From NCBI RefSeq assembly GCF_009914755.1, contig NC_060943.1: a stretch of DNA of 64,000 nucleotides; one strand, written 5' to 3'. The notes below the pieces were generated by a model. It had not been told where the DNA came from and did not search any database. It saw nothing but the letters and a program-made list of their open reading frames with translations. This DNA comes from the human T2T-CHM13v2.0 reference genome, Homo sapiens. Below, in pieces: positions 1 through 12,286 of the stretch. The translations under genes and the position numbers were made by a program. The stretch's first letter is position 1. Every line of letters begins with the position of its first letter.

Positions 1-128
1 CTATTTTTAGTAGAGACACGGTTTCACTGTGTTGGCCAGGCTGGTCTCGAACTCCTGGCCTAAAATGATCTGCCCACCTCAGCCTCCCAAAGCGCTGGGA
101 TTACAAGCAGGAGCCACCATGCCTGGCC
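1..128 (-). mobile_element. Alu fragment (window edge)
   Basis: gttggccaggctggtctcgaactcctg...gggattacaagc. Confidence 0.9.
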
Positions 129-349
129 TCAGAGATATATTGTTAATGCGCAGACCTGTGTGTATTTTATATATTTATACAGAAAAGGGGAGTGTGTGTT
201 TATATAAATGTGGGCATCAGGATAGCCATTTTCTAGAAGAATGCACAGAAAACTATTGACCACAGTCAACGCTCGGGTGGAGCTTAATAAGGAAGTTCAT
301 TTTTATCATAAACTCTTTTGGACACTTTTTTTAACCATGTGCATAATTT

Positions 350-1375
350 TGCTTGAAATCTTGGTTTGATACTCCAGAATATTGATCTGGGCAAAGATTT
401 TCTGTGTAACATCTCAAAAATACAGGCAAAAAAAAAGCAAAAATAGACAAATGGGATTATATCAAGCTAAAAAGCTTCTGTACAGCAAAGGAAACAATTA
501 ACAAAGTGAAGGAACAAGCTATAGAATGGCAGAAATTATTTCCAAACTATCCATCTAGCAAGAGATTAATAACTAGAATATATAAGGAGTTCAAACAACT
601 CAATAGTAAAGAAAAAAAACAACAACAAATCATATAATTTAAAAACGGACAAAAGATCTGAGTAGACATTTCTCAAAAGATGACATACAAATGGCCAACA
701 GGTAGATGGAAAAAATGCTCCATGTCACTAATCGTCATAAGACATGCAAATTAAAACCACAAGGAGATATCATCTAACCCAGTTAAAATGTCTTTTGTCA
801 AAAAGACAGGCAATAATAGATGGTGGTGAGGATATGGAGAAAGGGGAACTCTCACACACTGTTGGTGGGAATATAAATTAGTACAGCCACTGCAGAGAAC
901 AGCATGGAGGTTCCTCAAAAAAACTAAAACTAGAACTACCATATAACCCAGAAATTTCACTACTGCCTATATATCCAAAAGAAAGAAAATCAATATATTG
1001 AAAAGGTGCCTGCACTCCCATGTTAATTGCAACACCATTCACAATAGCCAAAATATGGAATCAAGCTAAGTGCCCATCAGTGAATGAATGGGTAAAGAAA
1101 ATGTGGCATATCTACACAATGGAATACTATTCAGCCATAAAAAGGCTGAAATTTTGTTCTTTGCAGCAACATGGATGGAACTGAAGGTCATTGTGGTAAG
1201 AAAAATAAGCCAAGCACAGAAAGACAAATATTGCATGGTGTCACTCATATGCAGGAGATGAAAAAAAATGGATCTTATGAAAATAGAAAGTAGATTGGTA
1301 GAGGGAAAGGGGGGATAAGGAGAAGTTGATTAATAGGTGCAAATGTATGGTTTGATAGATGAAATAAAAACTGTT
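350..1375 (+). mobile_element. Old L1 (L1MA-like) ORF2 end and 3' UTR
   Basis: atagacaaatgggattatatcaagctaaaaagcttctg; atggaatactattcagccataaaa. Confidence 0.9.
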
Positions 1376-1377
1376 CA

Positions 1378-1685
1378 AGCTGGGCAAGGTGGCTCACGCC
1401 TGTAATCGTAGCACTTTGAGAGGCTTAGGTAGGCAGATCACCTGAGGTCAGGAGTTCGAGACCAGCCTGACCAACATAGTGAAACCCTGTCTCTACTAAA
1501 AATACAAAAATTAGCCGGGCATGGTGGTGGCACATGCCTGTAGTCCCAGCTACTCAGGAGGTTGAGGCATGAGAATCACTTGAACCTGGGAAGCAGAAGT
1601 TGCAGTGAGCTGAGATCGCGCCAATGGACGTCAGTCTGGGCAACAAGAGTAAAACTCCGTCTCAAAAAAAAACAAAAAACAAAAC
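1378..1685 (+). mobile_element. AluS
   Basis: Dimeric Alu with A-tail. Confidence 0.95.
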
Positions 1686-2631
1686 AGTACTCAATGGATC
1701 AGTGGGGTGACTATAGTTTGATAGTTTGCTGGTCCTCTCCAGTACACCCTCCACAGTAGCCCTAGAAAGATCTTCCTGGTACCAGATCTGACCTTTCCCT
1801 CCCCTCCTCAAACGCATCCCTTGGCTCCCCATTGCCCTTGGGTAAAAGCCAAAGTCATTAACATTTTCCCCAAGGCTTCCATAGCCAGCCCCTGCTGCCA
1901 TCTCCAGTTTCATCATCTCATTATGACCGAATCTCTCCCTCTCTCTCTCCTTCGCCTTCTCTCTGCTCCTTTCTCTCAACCCAGGAGATCTTACTGAGCT
2001 AGAGCCACTGTTCCCCAACTGCACCCAAATATCTACTGACCATCATTCAGGGTCTCAACTGAGACACTTTCTATACCCCCGAGTCATGCTTCTCTTACTG
2101 TAAAACCCATCCCTGCCCATATGGGCTGGGAGTGTCCTGACCAGGGACTGCTCCCATGTGGCGGGAAGCACCTGGAAAATAGGTCCCTGGGTTGTGTCCT
2201 TCCCAAAATCTCCAGAGCACAGACAGGTAATGTGAAAAGAACTGGGGGTGGGAATACAGTGTGGGAATGTTTGCTGAATGAGGACCGGGTGGATGAACAA
2301 TCCAGGTGTTCTGGACAATAAATGAATGATTTTTACTCTGAGGTCTCCATCATGAATCCCTGGACTGGACATAAGTATGGGAATTAGAGAACAGAAGAGC
2401 AACCATTAAGGAAGTGAAAATGTTCGAAAAAATATTTCCTGGAGAAAAGGAAGGGTGTGGCATTCATTTGCAGAACGTGTGCTGAGTGGCCTCATCTCCT
2501 CTCACTTATTGTCACTAATTCTCTCAGCAGTCCAGTCTTTCCTTTTTAATTTTCTTTCCCTTATTCCTTCAAATATTTATTTCTCTCCTTTTATATTTTA
2601 ATCTATATCTAATATACTTGTTATCTACATG

Positions 2632-2666
<35 letters not shown>

Positions 2667-2673
<7 letters not shown>

Positions 2674-2976
2674 ATTTTATTTATTTATTTATTTTGAGAC
2701 GGAGTCTCACTCTGTCGCCCAGGCTGGAGTGCAGTGACGTGATCTCGGCTCACTGCAACCTCCACCCCCTGGGTTCGAGCGATTCTCCCGCCTCAGCCTC
2801 CTGAGTAGCTGGGATTACAGGCACCTGCCACCACGCCCGGCTAAATTTTTTGTAGTTTCAGTAGAGATGGGATTTCACTATCTTGGCCAGGCTGGTCTTG
2901 AACTCCCAACCTCATGACCCACCTGCCTCAGGCTCCCAAAGTGCTGGGATTACAGGCGTGAGCCACCGCGCCCAGC
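2667..2976 (-). mobile_element. AluS, preceded by (CT)n microsatellite at 2637-2666
   Basis: Reverse Alu consensus. Confidence 0.95.
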
Positions 2977-2989
2977 TGCATCTCTATTT

Positions 2990-3645
2990 CTATTTATTTC
3001 AATAGTTTGGGGGGTACAGGTGGTACATGGATAAGTTCTTTAGTGGTGATTTCTGAGGTTTTAGTGCACTCATTACCCAAGCAGCATACACTGTACCTAA
3101 TATGTAATCATTTCTCCCTAACCCCCTCTCATCCTTGTCATTGAATCCCCTAAGTCCATTATATCATCCTTATGCCGGTCAGTAGCATAAATTGAACCCA
3201 ATATGTAGTTTTTTGTCCCTCACCCCCTCCCACCTTCCCTCTTCTGAGTCTCCAGTGCCCATTAAACCACTCTGTATGCCTTTACATACCCATAGCTTAG
3301 CTCCCACTTATAAGTGAGAACATATGATATGTGGTTTTCCATCCCTGAGTTGCTTCACTTAGAATAATGGCCTCCAGCTCCAGCCAAGTTGCTGCAAAGC
3401 TGTATTTCATTCTGTTTGATGGCTGAGTGGTACTCCATGGTGTACATATACCACATTTTCTATATCCACTCATTGGCTGATGGGCACTTAGGTTGGTTTC
3501 ATATTTTTGCAAATACAAATTGCGCTGCTAAAAACATGTATGTACATGTGTCTTTTTCATATATGACTTCTTTCTGGGGGGTAGATACCCAGTAGAGGGA
3601 TTGCTGGATCAAGTGGTAGTTATACTTTTAGTTCTTTAAGGAATA
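2990..3645 (-). mobile_element. L1 (L1PB-like) 3' end
   Basis: catagcttagctcccacttataagtgagaacat; tgagtggtactccatggtgtacatataccacatttt. Confidence 0.9.
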
Positions 3646-3839
3646 GTAGCCCAGGTCTTTCTGTCCTAGCAGCCTGCAATCTTTCCCCTGTTAGCCAGGC
3701 TGGCCCTGCCTGTGGTCCTCTGCTTCTATTCCCAGTAAGCAAAAGTGGCAGAATTGACAAAACAACTTCCCCACTTCCCACTTGGGGAGCAGAGCCAATG
3801 AGAGGGCCTCAGGAACTGGCCAGAAGAACCTGCACTCAT

Positions 3840-3969
3840 CATTCAATCTCTTTAGGCTCGTGATCCTTCAGAAGCTTTTGCACCTCCTGCCAGCAGTGCT
3901 CCTGGTATTCTGGGTGCCTTGCAAGGTAGTATAGGACCCAGGAGAGGCCACTGGCCGTGGTGTTATGAC
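3840..3969 (-). pseudogene. CYP4F exon 9
   Basis: 130 bp, [43 protein letters not shown]; donor mutated to atgagt. Confidence 0.95.
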
Positions 3970-4169
3970 CTGAGGGGCAGCAAGACAGGCTTGAGTCTCT
4001 GGGCTGCTTCAGTACCAGAGGGTGGACAGCGTCCATGCATCTAGGTTCTCAGGAGGATGGTGGGGTTGGGGGGAGGATGGGCTGAATGGAGTGATGCAGG
4101 GTTCATCTCCCACATCCCTGGGATGGAGAGGCCTCTGTCCCTACTGTAGTCCCACACTGGGACACTCAT

Positions 4170-4236
4170 CCTCAAACATGAAGGTGTCAGCTTCTGCTCT
4201 TATTTCCTCATCAGACAACTCCTTCCAATCTTCATC
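4170..4236 (-). pseudogene. CYP4F exon 8
   Basis: 67 bp, DEDWKELSDEEIRAEADTFMFE; donor mutated to atgagt. Confidence 0.95.
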
Positions 4237-4999
4237 CTGGTGAGAAGGCAAGACACACACACACACACACACATACAGATCACACTAGCTCTGAGGGATC
4301 CTCAGTTTAAAGTCAGACAATCTCTGAAGACCCCTCCTTCCAGAATCCCAAGCCCACCCTGCATGCCTAGATGTCTCTTGATCACCATCACGAGAGCCCC
4401 CAACTCACAGGCTTCCTCCCTGGCCTCCTTGTCTCTTCTTTTGTCCCTAGTGGGAGGACTCAATGACCTATGAATATTTTCATATTTCTGCATGATGAGA
4501 ACTTTCTGAGAAAAAGTTCCTGGCAACCTGGGTTACAGGATAATTGGCAATTTGCTTTGCAAGTTAGAGATTAAGTATTGCTCCAAAAATATTTGCTCAC
4601 ATTCTAGAGTGCCAAATCCATAGACTCTTATCTTATGTCCCCTGGAGATATTTGGGTTGTAAGTCTACAGACTATGGCATCTCACTAAAGAGGATTTGTT
4701 TATGCTCCAGAACAAAATACTTTCTCCTCCCTGCATCCCCCACCTGTCTGTCTCTTTCTCTCTCCCTCTCTCTTTCTCTCTCACTAGAGCAAAGAAATAG
4801 AAGATATGCCAAGACTCATAATGTAGGGCACCTCTCCTAGGGTGCAAACTCCGTTGCACATAAAGGTAAAAACATTGCATTCTCCTTGGAGGAATTTGAT
4901 TTGGGAATGGAGAGCCAGTGCCACAATCCTACTCTGGCTGCTAGTATTGCTGTGAGCAATAAATGGGCTGCTCTGATCCAGGTGTTTAATGCATCTGTC

Positions 5000-5780
5000 A
5001 CAATAGACATATACATAGAAAGGCATAGGCATAGACACAGACACATAGACAAAGACAAGGGCATGGATATAGATATAGACAAAGACATAGGCATGGATAT
5101 AGATACTGACAAAGACATCGGCATAGAGAAATATGTAGACATAGAAATAGACAAAGGCAGACATAGAGAATAACATAGACATAGACATAAAAAAGACATA
5201 GGCATAGAGAAAGACATAGACAGACAATGACGAATACACAGATGTAAACAAAGACATCAACATAGACATAGTCATAGACAGACATAGACAAAGAGAAAGA
5301 CACAGATATAGAAACAGACACAGGCACACAAATACACATAGACATAGACAAAGACTCAGACACAGAAAAAGGCAAAAAGATAGAGATAGACACAGATATA
5401 CACATAGATATTGGCATGAACAAAGCTATAAACATAGACAGAGATGTAAACAAAAGCATAGACACAGAAAAGACACAAAGACATAGACAAATACAGACCA
5501 AGACAAAGACATAGAAAAAGACACAATACAGACCAAGACAAAGACATAGAAAAGACACAAAGACATAGACATAGACATAAAAAAGACACAGGCAAAGATA
5601 TAGACATAAACACACATAAAGATATAGACATAAACACACAAAAAGGCAAAGATGCAGACATGGGCAAAGACAAAGACATAGTCATACAGACACATAGTCA
5701 TACTCAGACACAGACTCAGACATAGACAATGACATATACAGGACATAGACATAGATATAGATGTAGATGTATAGATAAAA
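5000..5780. repeat. Degenerate (AGACAT/AGACAC/AGACAA)n hexamer low-complexity repeat in CYP4F intron 7
   Basis: 6-bp periodic catagacatagacaaagac pattern over about 780 bp. Confidence 0.92.
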
Positions 5781-6030
5781 ATGTGACACACTGGCTTATT
5801 AATTTGTAAATAGAGTAAAATATCAGACTTGTCAGTTTCACACCTAGAGGTCCCCTGCTATTTGTGTCTCACTCAGTCATCTCTAAAACCTATCTCTGAC
5901 CTGTCCCTCCCCTGCTCAAGCAATTTCCAATGCTCCCCAGTGCCCTCTGGATCACATCCAAGTTCTTTGATCTGACATTTGACATGAAGCTCCCTTCTAC
6001 TTTTTGCATTCAGATCCCAGAGAACCCCAC

Positions 6031-6373
6031 CTTGCTCAGCAGGAGTACATCAGTGAAGTCCAAAGTCTTGGACTTGGCCTTTACTTGGTGGAAATAATCA
6101 ACACCCTGGCTAGTAAGGGTGTGGCGCTGCTCCTGGATGATAGCTTCTGTGAAGTCATGAACCAGGCAGCAGGCCCTGCGGAAGCGCCATCCGCTGGGGA
6201 TGAGATAATACAGAAAGTCCATGCGCAGATGAAGGTAAGGAAGTTGTTGAGAACTGGAATAAAGGTGATTCTTGCTATGCTTTAGCAAAGAGATTGACAG
6301 CACTTTGCTTCTGCCCTGCCCTGCCACCAGGGAACTGAGCTCCAAGATGGTGGCAATATATTGACTGGGCTTT
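6031..6373 (-). pseudogene. CYP4F exon 7 carrying an in-frame THE1-derived insertion
   Basis: 343 bp = 271+72. [17 protein letters not shown]-[insert]-MDFLYYL...[13 protein letters not shown], cag/gtgggg. Confidence 0.93.
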
Positions 6374-7008
6374 CTGCAGGATAAGGGCAGAAAGGGAGGC
6401 AACAACTTAACACACCTGAAGCCACAGGAGCATCTCCCACCAGCATCCAGGAGCTACCTCCTATAGGAAGCACAGTATCCAAAAACAGATGCCCCCACAG
6501 TTACAGAGTGAGGATCACCCATGAGATTCACTCTCCAAACTCTCTTATCTCCCTGATTTCCATCTCTAGGAGCTTCCTCCATGCCCCTGGGCACTCAGAC
6601 CACAACTTGAACATCATGCTCTTATTCGCTCTCCCCTGCCCCCATTATAGAGTTCTGTCCCTTCTCCTTCCTGAAACTATCCACAAAGCTCAGAATTCCT
6701 GCTCTTCCAGCTGGTCCGAAGTCCATGCCCCACCCTAGTATCCTTGCATCCAATGTCAACTCCATGCAACATCTACATTACAGTTATTCCCCCACAGAGC
6801 TCAGCTCTGACCATGCCCATCAGCTCAAACCCCTTCAAGGGCTCCCTAGAAACCTCATGATAACATTTATACCAGTCATTTAGACTATGACATAACTCCT
6901 CCAGGCACTTCTGGTTGTCCCGATGAGGTAGGCACTTCTGGTTGCCGGACCCCAACCTACTTCTTTGGATTCATGGCTCAAGTTCTCAGTCCCTGGGCAA
7001 AGACTCAC

Positions 7009-7130
7009 TCCTGACAATGGCTGTCAAAGCTGAAGACACATTTCTGCACACTGTCCAAGGTCATGAGGCTGGTGTGCTCAAACATGTCCAGATGGGCACT
7101 GCCCCCTGAGGCCAGGAGCTGCCACTTGGC
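7009..7130 (-). pseudogene. CYP4F exon 6
   Basis: 122 bp, tag/gtgagt, [40 protein letters not shown]. Confidence 0.95.
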
Positions 7131-8594
7131 CTAGCCAGAGAAGGGGACACAGCTGGGGCTGGTCCCTAGCTCCTTTGAGTCCTTCCCCAAGCCCAACCAT
7201 CAAGATGGACTTCCCCAAAGCCAACCTCTTTGTCTTCTCCCCAGGAACCCCTCCCCAAGGAGGACCAGGTTTTGCTGGGAACAACAACTGTTACTATTAA
7301 GAGACAAAGACCCAAGACGGGGGTTCAGGAGAACTTGGATTCATGTTCCACCCTTGCATGCCCTTGGTCAATGCATTAACCTCCCTTCCCCTGTCAAATC
7401 TTCAGGAACAGTTGAGATGATGTACCTTGGTGCCACATAAACAAGGTTAGAAATCCTGCTCCACTATTCCAACCTCGATTATTAGCTAGGTAAACTTGGG
7501 CAAGCTCCCTAATCTCTTAGACCCACTGTTTCATCATCTACACTGAGGCAGAAATAATCTCTCATTCACAGAGTTGTTAAAAGTAAATTAGTCAATATAT
7601 ACTTGTTATCATGGAGTGGGAACATGGCATTGTTTCTGGCCAATAGGGGGCATACTCAACAAATGTTGGATTTCCTCACCTGCATTGTTATAAATTGATT
7701 ACAAGAATTTATTACACTATCCCTATGTTGGGAGAGGTAGTCCTCCATGTGCCCTGAGTATCCTTTCTGGGTATGCCAAGAATGTAAGACACTGATATTC
7801 TTAACTGGAGCCATTTCTGAGAGTTGTGTTTGCAGAGAACAGCCTTGAGGGATGAGGTAATGACTCCCTTTTGACACTTATCAGGCTTGCTATAAAAGCA
7901 GATCTCCTAAGCCTACTGCTCCATCCCTGTAATGCAATATACTATGTCAGCAAGCATCAGTAGAAGCCCACCTGTGTTGCCCCATGGGATTTGGGTGGCT
8001 TGGAGAAAAAAGCAAACCAACAAGAAACACATGCTCCTTGCTGTGCTATGAGTAATAAATCATGCTTTGTCTCTTACCCACAAATCTCTGTCTTCTGGCA
8101 GAATCCATGAAACCATAACAAGATAACTTATCAATTTGCAATTTTTAAAAAAATTCTAGAGATGTCACGAAGCCCTTGCCCAAATTCTTCATTTGTCCCC
8201 CATATCCATACCCTTTGAAATGTGATTTTTTCAGTGACTTCCATTAAGAGACTGAGCATTTTTTACTACCCACCACTTTTTGATTCTCTGTTGGACTTTT
8301 GGCTTTCTCTGACAAAACATAATGTGAAATTGATGAGGTAATAACTAATGAATCTAACCTGCCTCGTCTCACTCCCCGGAACCCTCTCTGCCATGTGAAC
8401 CATGGGGTGCCTTCTGGAGGGATAGAATCCCTGGAGGAAAGTCCAGGAGTCCCAGCTGAGGACATCTGTGTCAATTTGAAACCAGACAAAACCCAAACAT
8501 TTGAGAGAACTGAGCCAAGACCAGCAAGGCTGCCTACCTGACCCACAGCTTCTCATGTGCCATGAATATCTCTTGCACATCCAGAAGAACCCAC

Positions 8595-10853
8595 TGATAT
8601 GGTTTGGCTGTGTCCCCACCCAAACTTGAATTATAGTTCCCATAATCCCTATTTGTCTTGGGAGACACCTGGTGGGAGGCAATTTAATCCTGGTGGTGAT
8701 TACCTTCATGGTGTTCTCATGGTAGTGAGGGAGTTCTCACAAGATCTGATGGTTTTATAAAGGGCTTTTCCCCCTTTTGCTCAGCCCTTCCTCTTGCTGC
8801 TGCCATGTGAAGAAGGACGAGTTTGCTTCCCCTTCCACCATGATTGTAAGTTTCCTGAGGCCTTTCCAGCCCTGCAGAACTGTGAGTCAATTGAACCTCT
8901 TTCTTTTATAAATTACCTAGTCTTGGATATGTCTTTATTAGCAGCATGAGAATGGACTAATATAGTAAATTGGTAGAGTGAGGTGCTGCTGTTAACATAC
9001 CCAAAAATGTGGAAGTGACTTTGAAACTGGGTAACAGGCAGAGGTTGGAACAGTTTGGAGGGCTCAGAAGACAGGAAAATGTGGAAAAGTTTGGAACTTC
9101 CTAGAGACTTGTTGAATGGCTTTGACCAAAATGCTGATAGTGATATGGACAATGAAGTCCAGGCTAAGGTGGTCTCAGATGGAAGTGAGGAAGTTGTTGA
9201 GAACTGGAATAAAGGTGATTCTTGCTATGCTTTAGCAAAGAGATTGACAGCACTTTGCTTCTGCCCTAGAGATCTGTGAAACTTTGAACTTGAGAAAGAT
9301 GATTTAGGGTATCTGGCAGAAGAAATTTCTAAGCATCAAAGCATTCAAGAGGAAGCAGAGAAAAAAAGTTTGAAAAATTTTCAGCCTGATGATGCAATAG
9401 AAAAGAAAAACCCATTTTCTGGGGAGAAATTCGAGCCTGCTGCAGAAATTCACAGAAGTAACAAGGAGCCAAATGTTAATCACCAAGACAATGGGGAAAA
9501 TTACTCCAGGGCATGTCAGAGACCTTAGTGGCAGCCCCTCCCATCACAGGCCCAGAGTCCTAGGAGGAAAAAATGGTTACTTGGGCCAGGCCCAGGGCCC
9601 CTTTGCTGTGTGCAACCTAAGGACTTGGTGTCCTGCATCCCAGCTGCTCCAGCCATGGCAAGTGGCCAAGGTACAGCTTGGGCCATGACTTCAGAGGATG
9701 CAAGTCCCAAGCTTTGGCAGCTTCCACGTGGCGTTGAGCCTGTGGGTGCACAGAAGTCAAGAATTGAGGTTTAGGAACCTCGGCCTAGATTTCAGAGGAT
9801 GTACGGAAATGCCTGATATTCAGGCAGAAGTTTGCTGCAAGCGTGAGGCCCTCATGGAGAACCTCTGGTAGGGCTATATGGAAGGGAAACGTGGGGTGCA
9901 AGCCCCCACACGTAGTCCCTATTGGGGCACTGCCTAGTGGAGCTGTGAGAAGAGGGCCACTCAATATCCTAAAATGGTAGATTCACTGACAGCTTGCACT
10001 GTGCACCTGGAAAAGCAACTGACACTCAACACCAGCTTGTGAAAGCAGCTAGAAGGGGGCTTGTACCCTGCAAAGCCACAGGAGTGGAGCTGCCCAAGGT
10101 CATGGGAGCCCACCTCTTGTATCAGCATGAACTGAATGTGAGACATGGAGTCGAAGGAGTTCATTTTGGAACTTTAAGGTTTAATGACTCCCCTACTGCA
10201 TTTTGGACTTACATGGGGCTAGTAGCCCTTTTGTTTTGGACAAGTTCTCCCATTTGGAATGGTGTATTTACCAAATGTCTGTACCCCCATTGTATCTAGG
10301 AAGTAACTAACTTGTTTTTGATTCTACAGGCTCATAGGAGGAAAGGAATTGCCTCATCTCAGATGAAACTTTACACTGTGGACTTTTGAGTTAATGCTGA
10401 GATGAATTAAGACTTTGAGGGACTGTTTGGAAGGTGTGATTGGTGTTGAAGTGTGAGGACATGAGATTTAGGAGGGGGCAGGGATAGAAGATGTGGTTTG
10501 GCTGTGTCCCCACCCAAATCTCATATTCATTTGTAGCTCCCATAATTCCCAAGTGTCATGGAAGGGACCAAGTGGAAGATAATTGAATCATGGGGGTGAG
10601 TATTTCCCATGCTGTTCTCATGACAGTGAATAAGCCTCTCAAGATCTGATGGTTTTATAAAGGGGGAGTTCCCCTGCATACACTCTCTTGCCTGCCACCA
10701 TGTAAGACATGACTTTGCTTCTCATTCACCTTTCACCATGATAGTGAGGCCTCCCCATCCATGTGGAACTGTGAGTCAATTAAACCTCTTTCCTTTTTAA
10801 AGTACTCAGTCTCAGGTATGTCTTTATCAGCAGCATGAGAACAGACTAATATA
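8595..10853 (+). mobile_element. Full-length THE1 (ERVL-MaLR): 5' LTR 8595-8964, internal 8965-10488, 3' LTR about 10489-10853; nested in an MLT1-like LTR (about 8170-8594, 10854-10950)
   Basis: tgatatggtttggctgtgtccccacccaaa LTR start, gactaatata ends; internal ctttgaaactgggtaacaggcagaggttggaacagtttggagggctcagaagac. Confidence 0.93.
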
Positions 10854-11229
10854 CCAGCCACCTGTCTCATAGACTTGTTAGCAATCATAAAACCTTATTG
10901 TTTTAAACCAATGAGTTCTCAAGTTGTTTCTTACTCAGCAACAGCTACTATACAATTGTCATCATGACCCTCTTGAGTTTACAAGAGGAAATATAGAAAC
11001 AGACACTTTCTGGGCACCTACTATGCACCAGGGATATGACTCCATTACATCACCTTGACCATCTTTTAAGTAGGGATTATTATACCCATTTTACAGCTGA
11101 GGAAACCAAAGCTCAGAGAGGAAAAGCAATGCTGAATGCCACCCAGCAGAGCCAAAATTCCAGACCAGATCTGTCTGTGGTGCCTCCACCCCAAGGCTTC
11201 AGCTGGAACTCTGGGTTCAAAGAATTCAC

Positions 11230-11357
11230 GTGCATGATATTCACACTGTCAGTGAAAAACTTCATATAGGGCTTCAGCATGTTGAAATGGAAGGCGGGCA
11301 TCAGCATCTGACGGTGGCGGCTCCACTTGTCACTGGCATTTACCAGGAGCCCATCCC
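11230..11357 (-). pseudogene. CYP4F exon 5
   Basis: 128 bp, ag/gt intact, [43 protein letters not shown]. Confidence 0.95.
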
Positions 11358-11454
11358 CTAGTAGAGGCAGTCAAGGGCCATGGGCAAGGGTATCTCCCTC
11401 TTCTTACCCATCCCCCAAGGTTTTTCCCACCCTTGTTCACCTACAGGTACTCAC

Positions 11455-11508
11455 CCAGCCAGGGCTTCAGGAACTTGTAGAAGGCCTCGTCTTTTGGTGC
11501 AATGGTGG
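11455..11508 (-). pseudogene. CYP4F exon 4
   Basis: 54 bp, ag/gt intact, TIAPKDEAFYKFLKPWL. Confidence 0.95.
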
Positions 11509-12142
11509 CTGACATGAATGAGGACCATCAGAAACCATGGAGAAGGGTAAGGGAGGGACTTTGGGTGTGGGGTGAGGCTCCAAGCCAGAGACCACACTTA
11601 CTCCCTCAAAGCGCAGCATAGTAGAAACATGTGACATGGCCCCGATATGTGTTAACATGTCCTGACATGGTCACAAAATACACAACAAGCCCTAGCATGC
11701 TATGCTGTGCTCTAACAAGGATCTTAGACACTCTGAAATGACCTTAGCATGCCCTATAGGCAGGCCCCAGTTAGGATTCAGATTTAAATATGGTCCCTTT
11801 AATATCCCAGAAATAGCCCATGTCTGGTCCCAAATGTTCCATAGTCATGACTCAAATATACCCTGAAGCCTGTCTCAAACAATACTCAAACAATGTCTCA
11901 GAATGTTTACAAACAGACCCTGGGTTCCAGACATGAGGCACATCCCTGGGATCATATGGAGATGGTTATGTCTAGGGCTCAGCTGTGGCCAAGAGTATTT
12001 GGGGTATGTGGGGTCTGTCTGCGATTCTGTTTGAGATAGCCTTTTTCTTCTGCTGGTGACGTCTGGGCCATGTTTGGGATGCGCCTCACGTTTGGGCAAG
12101 GGTAGGGCTCCAGGCTCGGGTGGCGTCTCCTACTGGAGATTC

Positions 12143-12286
12143 CTAGGGCCTGGAGCAGGAGGGCAATGAGCATATAGTGGAAGAACCACAGGATGGGGTA
12201 GAAGGAACCGACCCACAGAGGTGAATGTCATGAAAATAGCAGTCCAGATCCTCCACCAACTGCATGTCCTCCTCATTGTTCTGGGC
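12143..12286 (-). pseudogene. Second, paralogous CYP4F exon 3 (tandem alternative exon), decayed
   Basis: 144 bp. With one frameshift it reads AQNNEEDMQLVEDLDCYFHDIHL/WVGSFYPILWFFHYMLIALLLQAL, the exon-3 pattern (EE..., W.G...P, H, LLQA). Acceptor is caa and donor is ga, both mutated. Confidence 0.75.

Noticed and set aside
1690-2640. Possible CYP4F exons 10-13
   Set aside because: No ESLRLHPP, PERF or FSAG.RNCIG motifs seen; the region looks like L2/MIR-derived and unique sequence.
4784-5791. Long overlapping C/L/V/Y/M/S-rich ORFs
   Set aside because: Artefacts of the stop-poor hexamer repeat.
7680-8140. LTR-like fragment with TATAAAA and AATAAA
   Set aside because: Probably an old ERV LTR, but family and ends could not be supported by eye.
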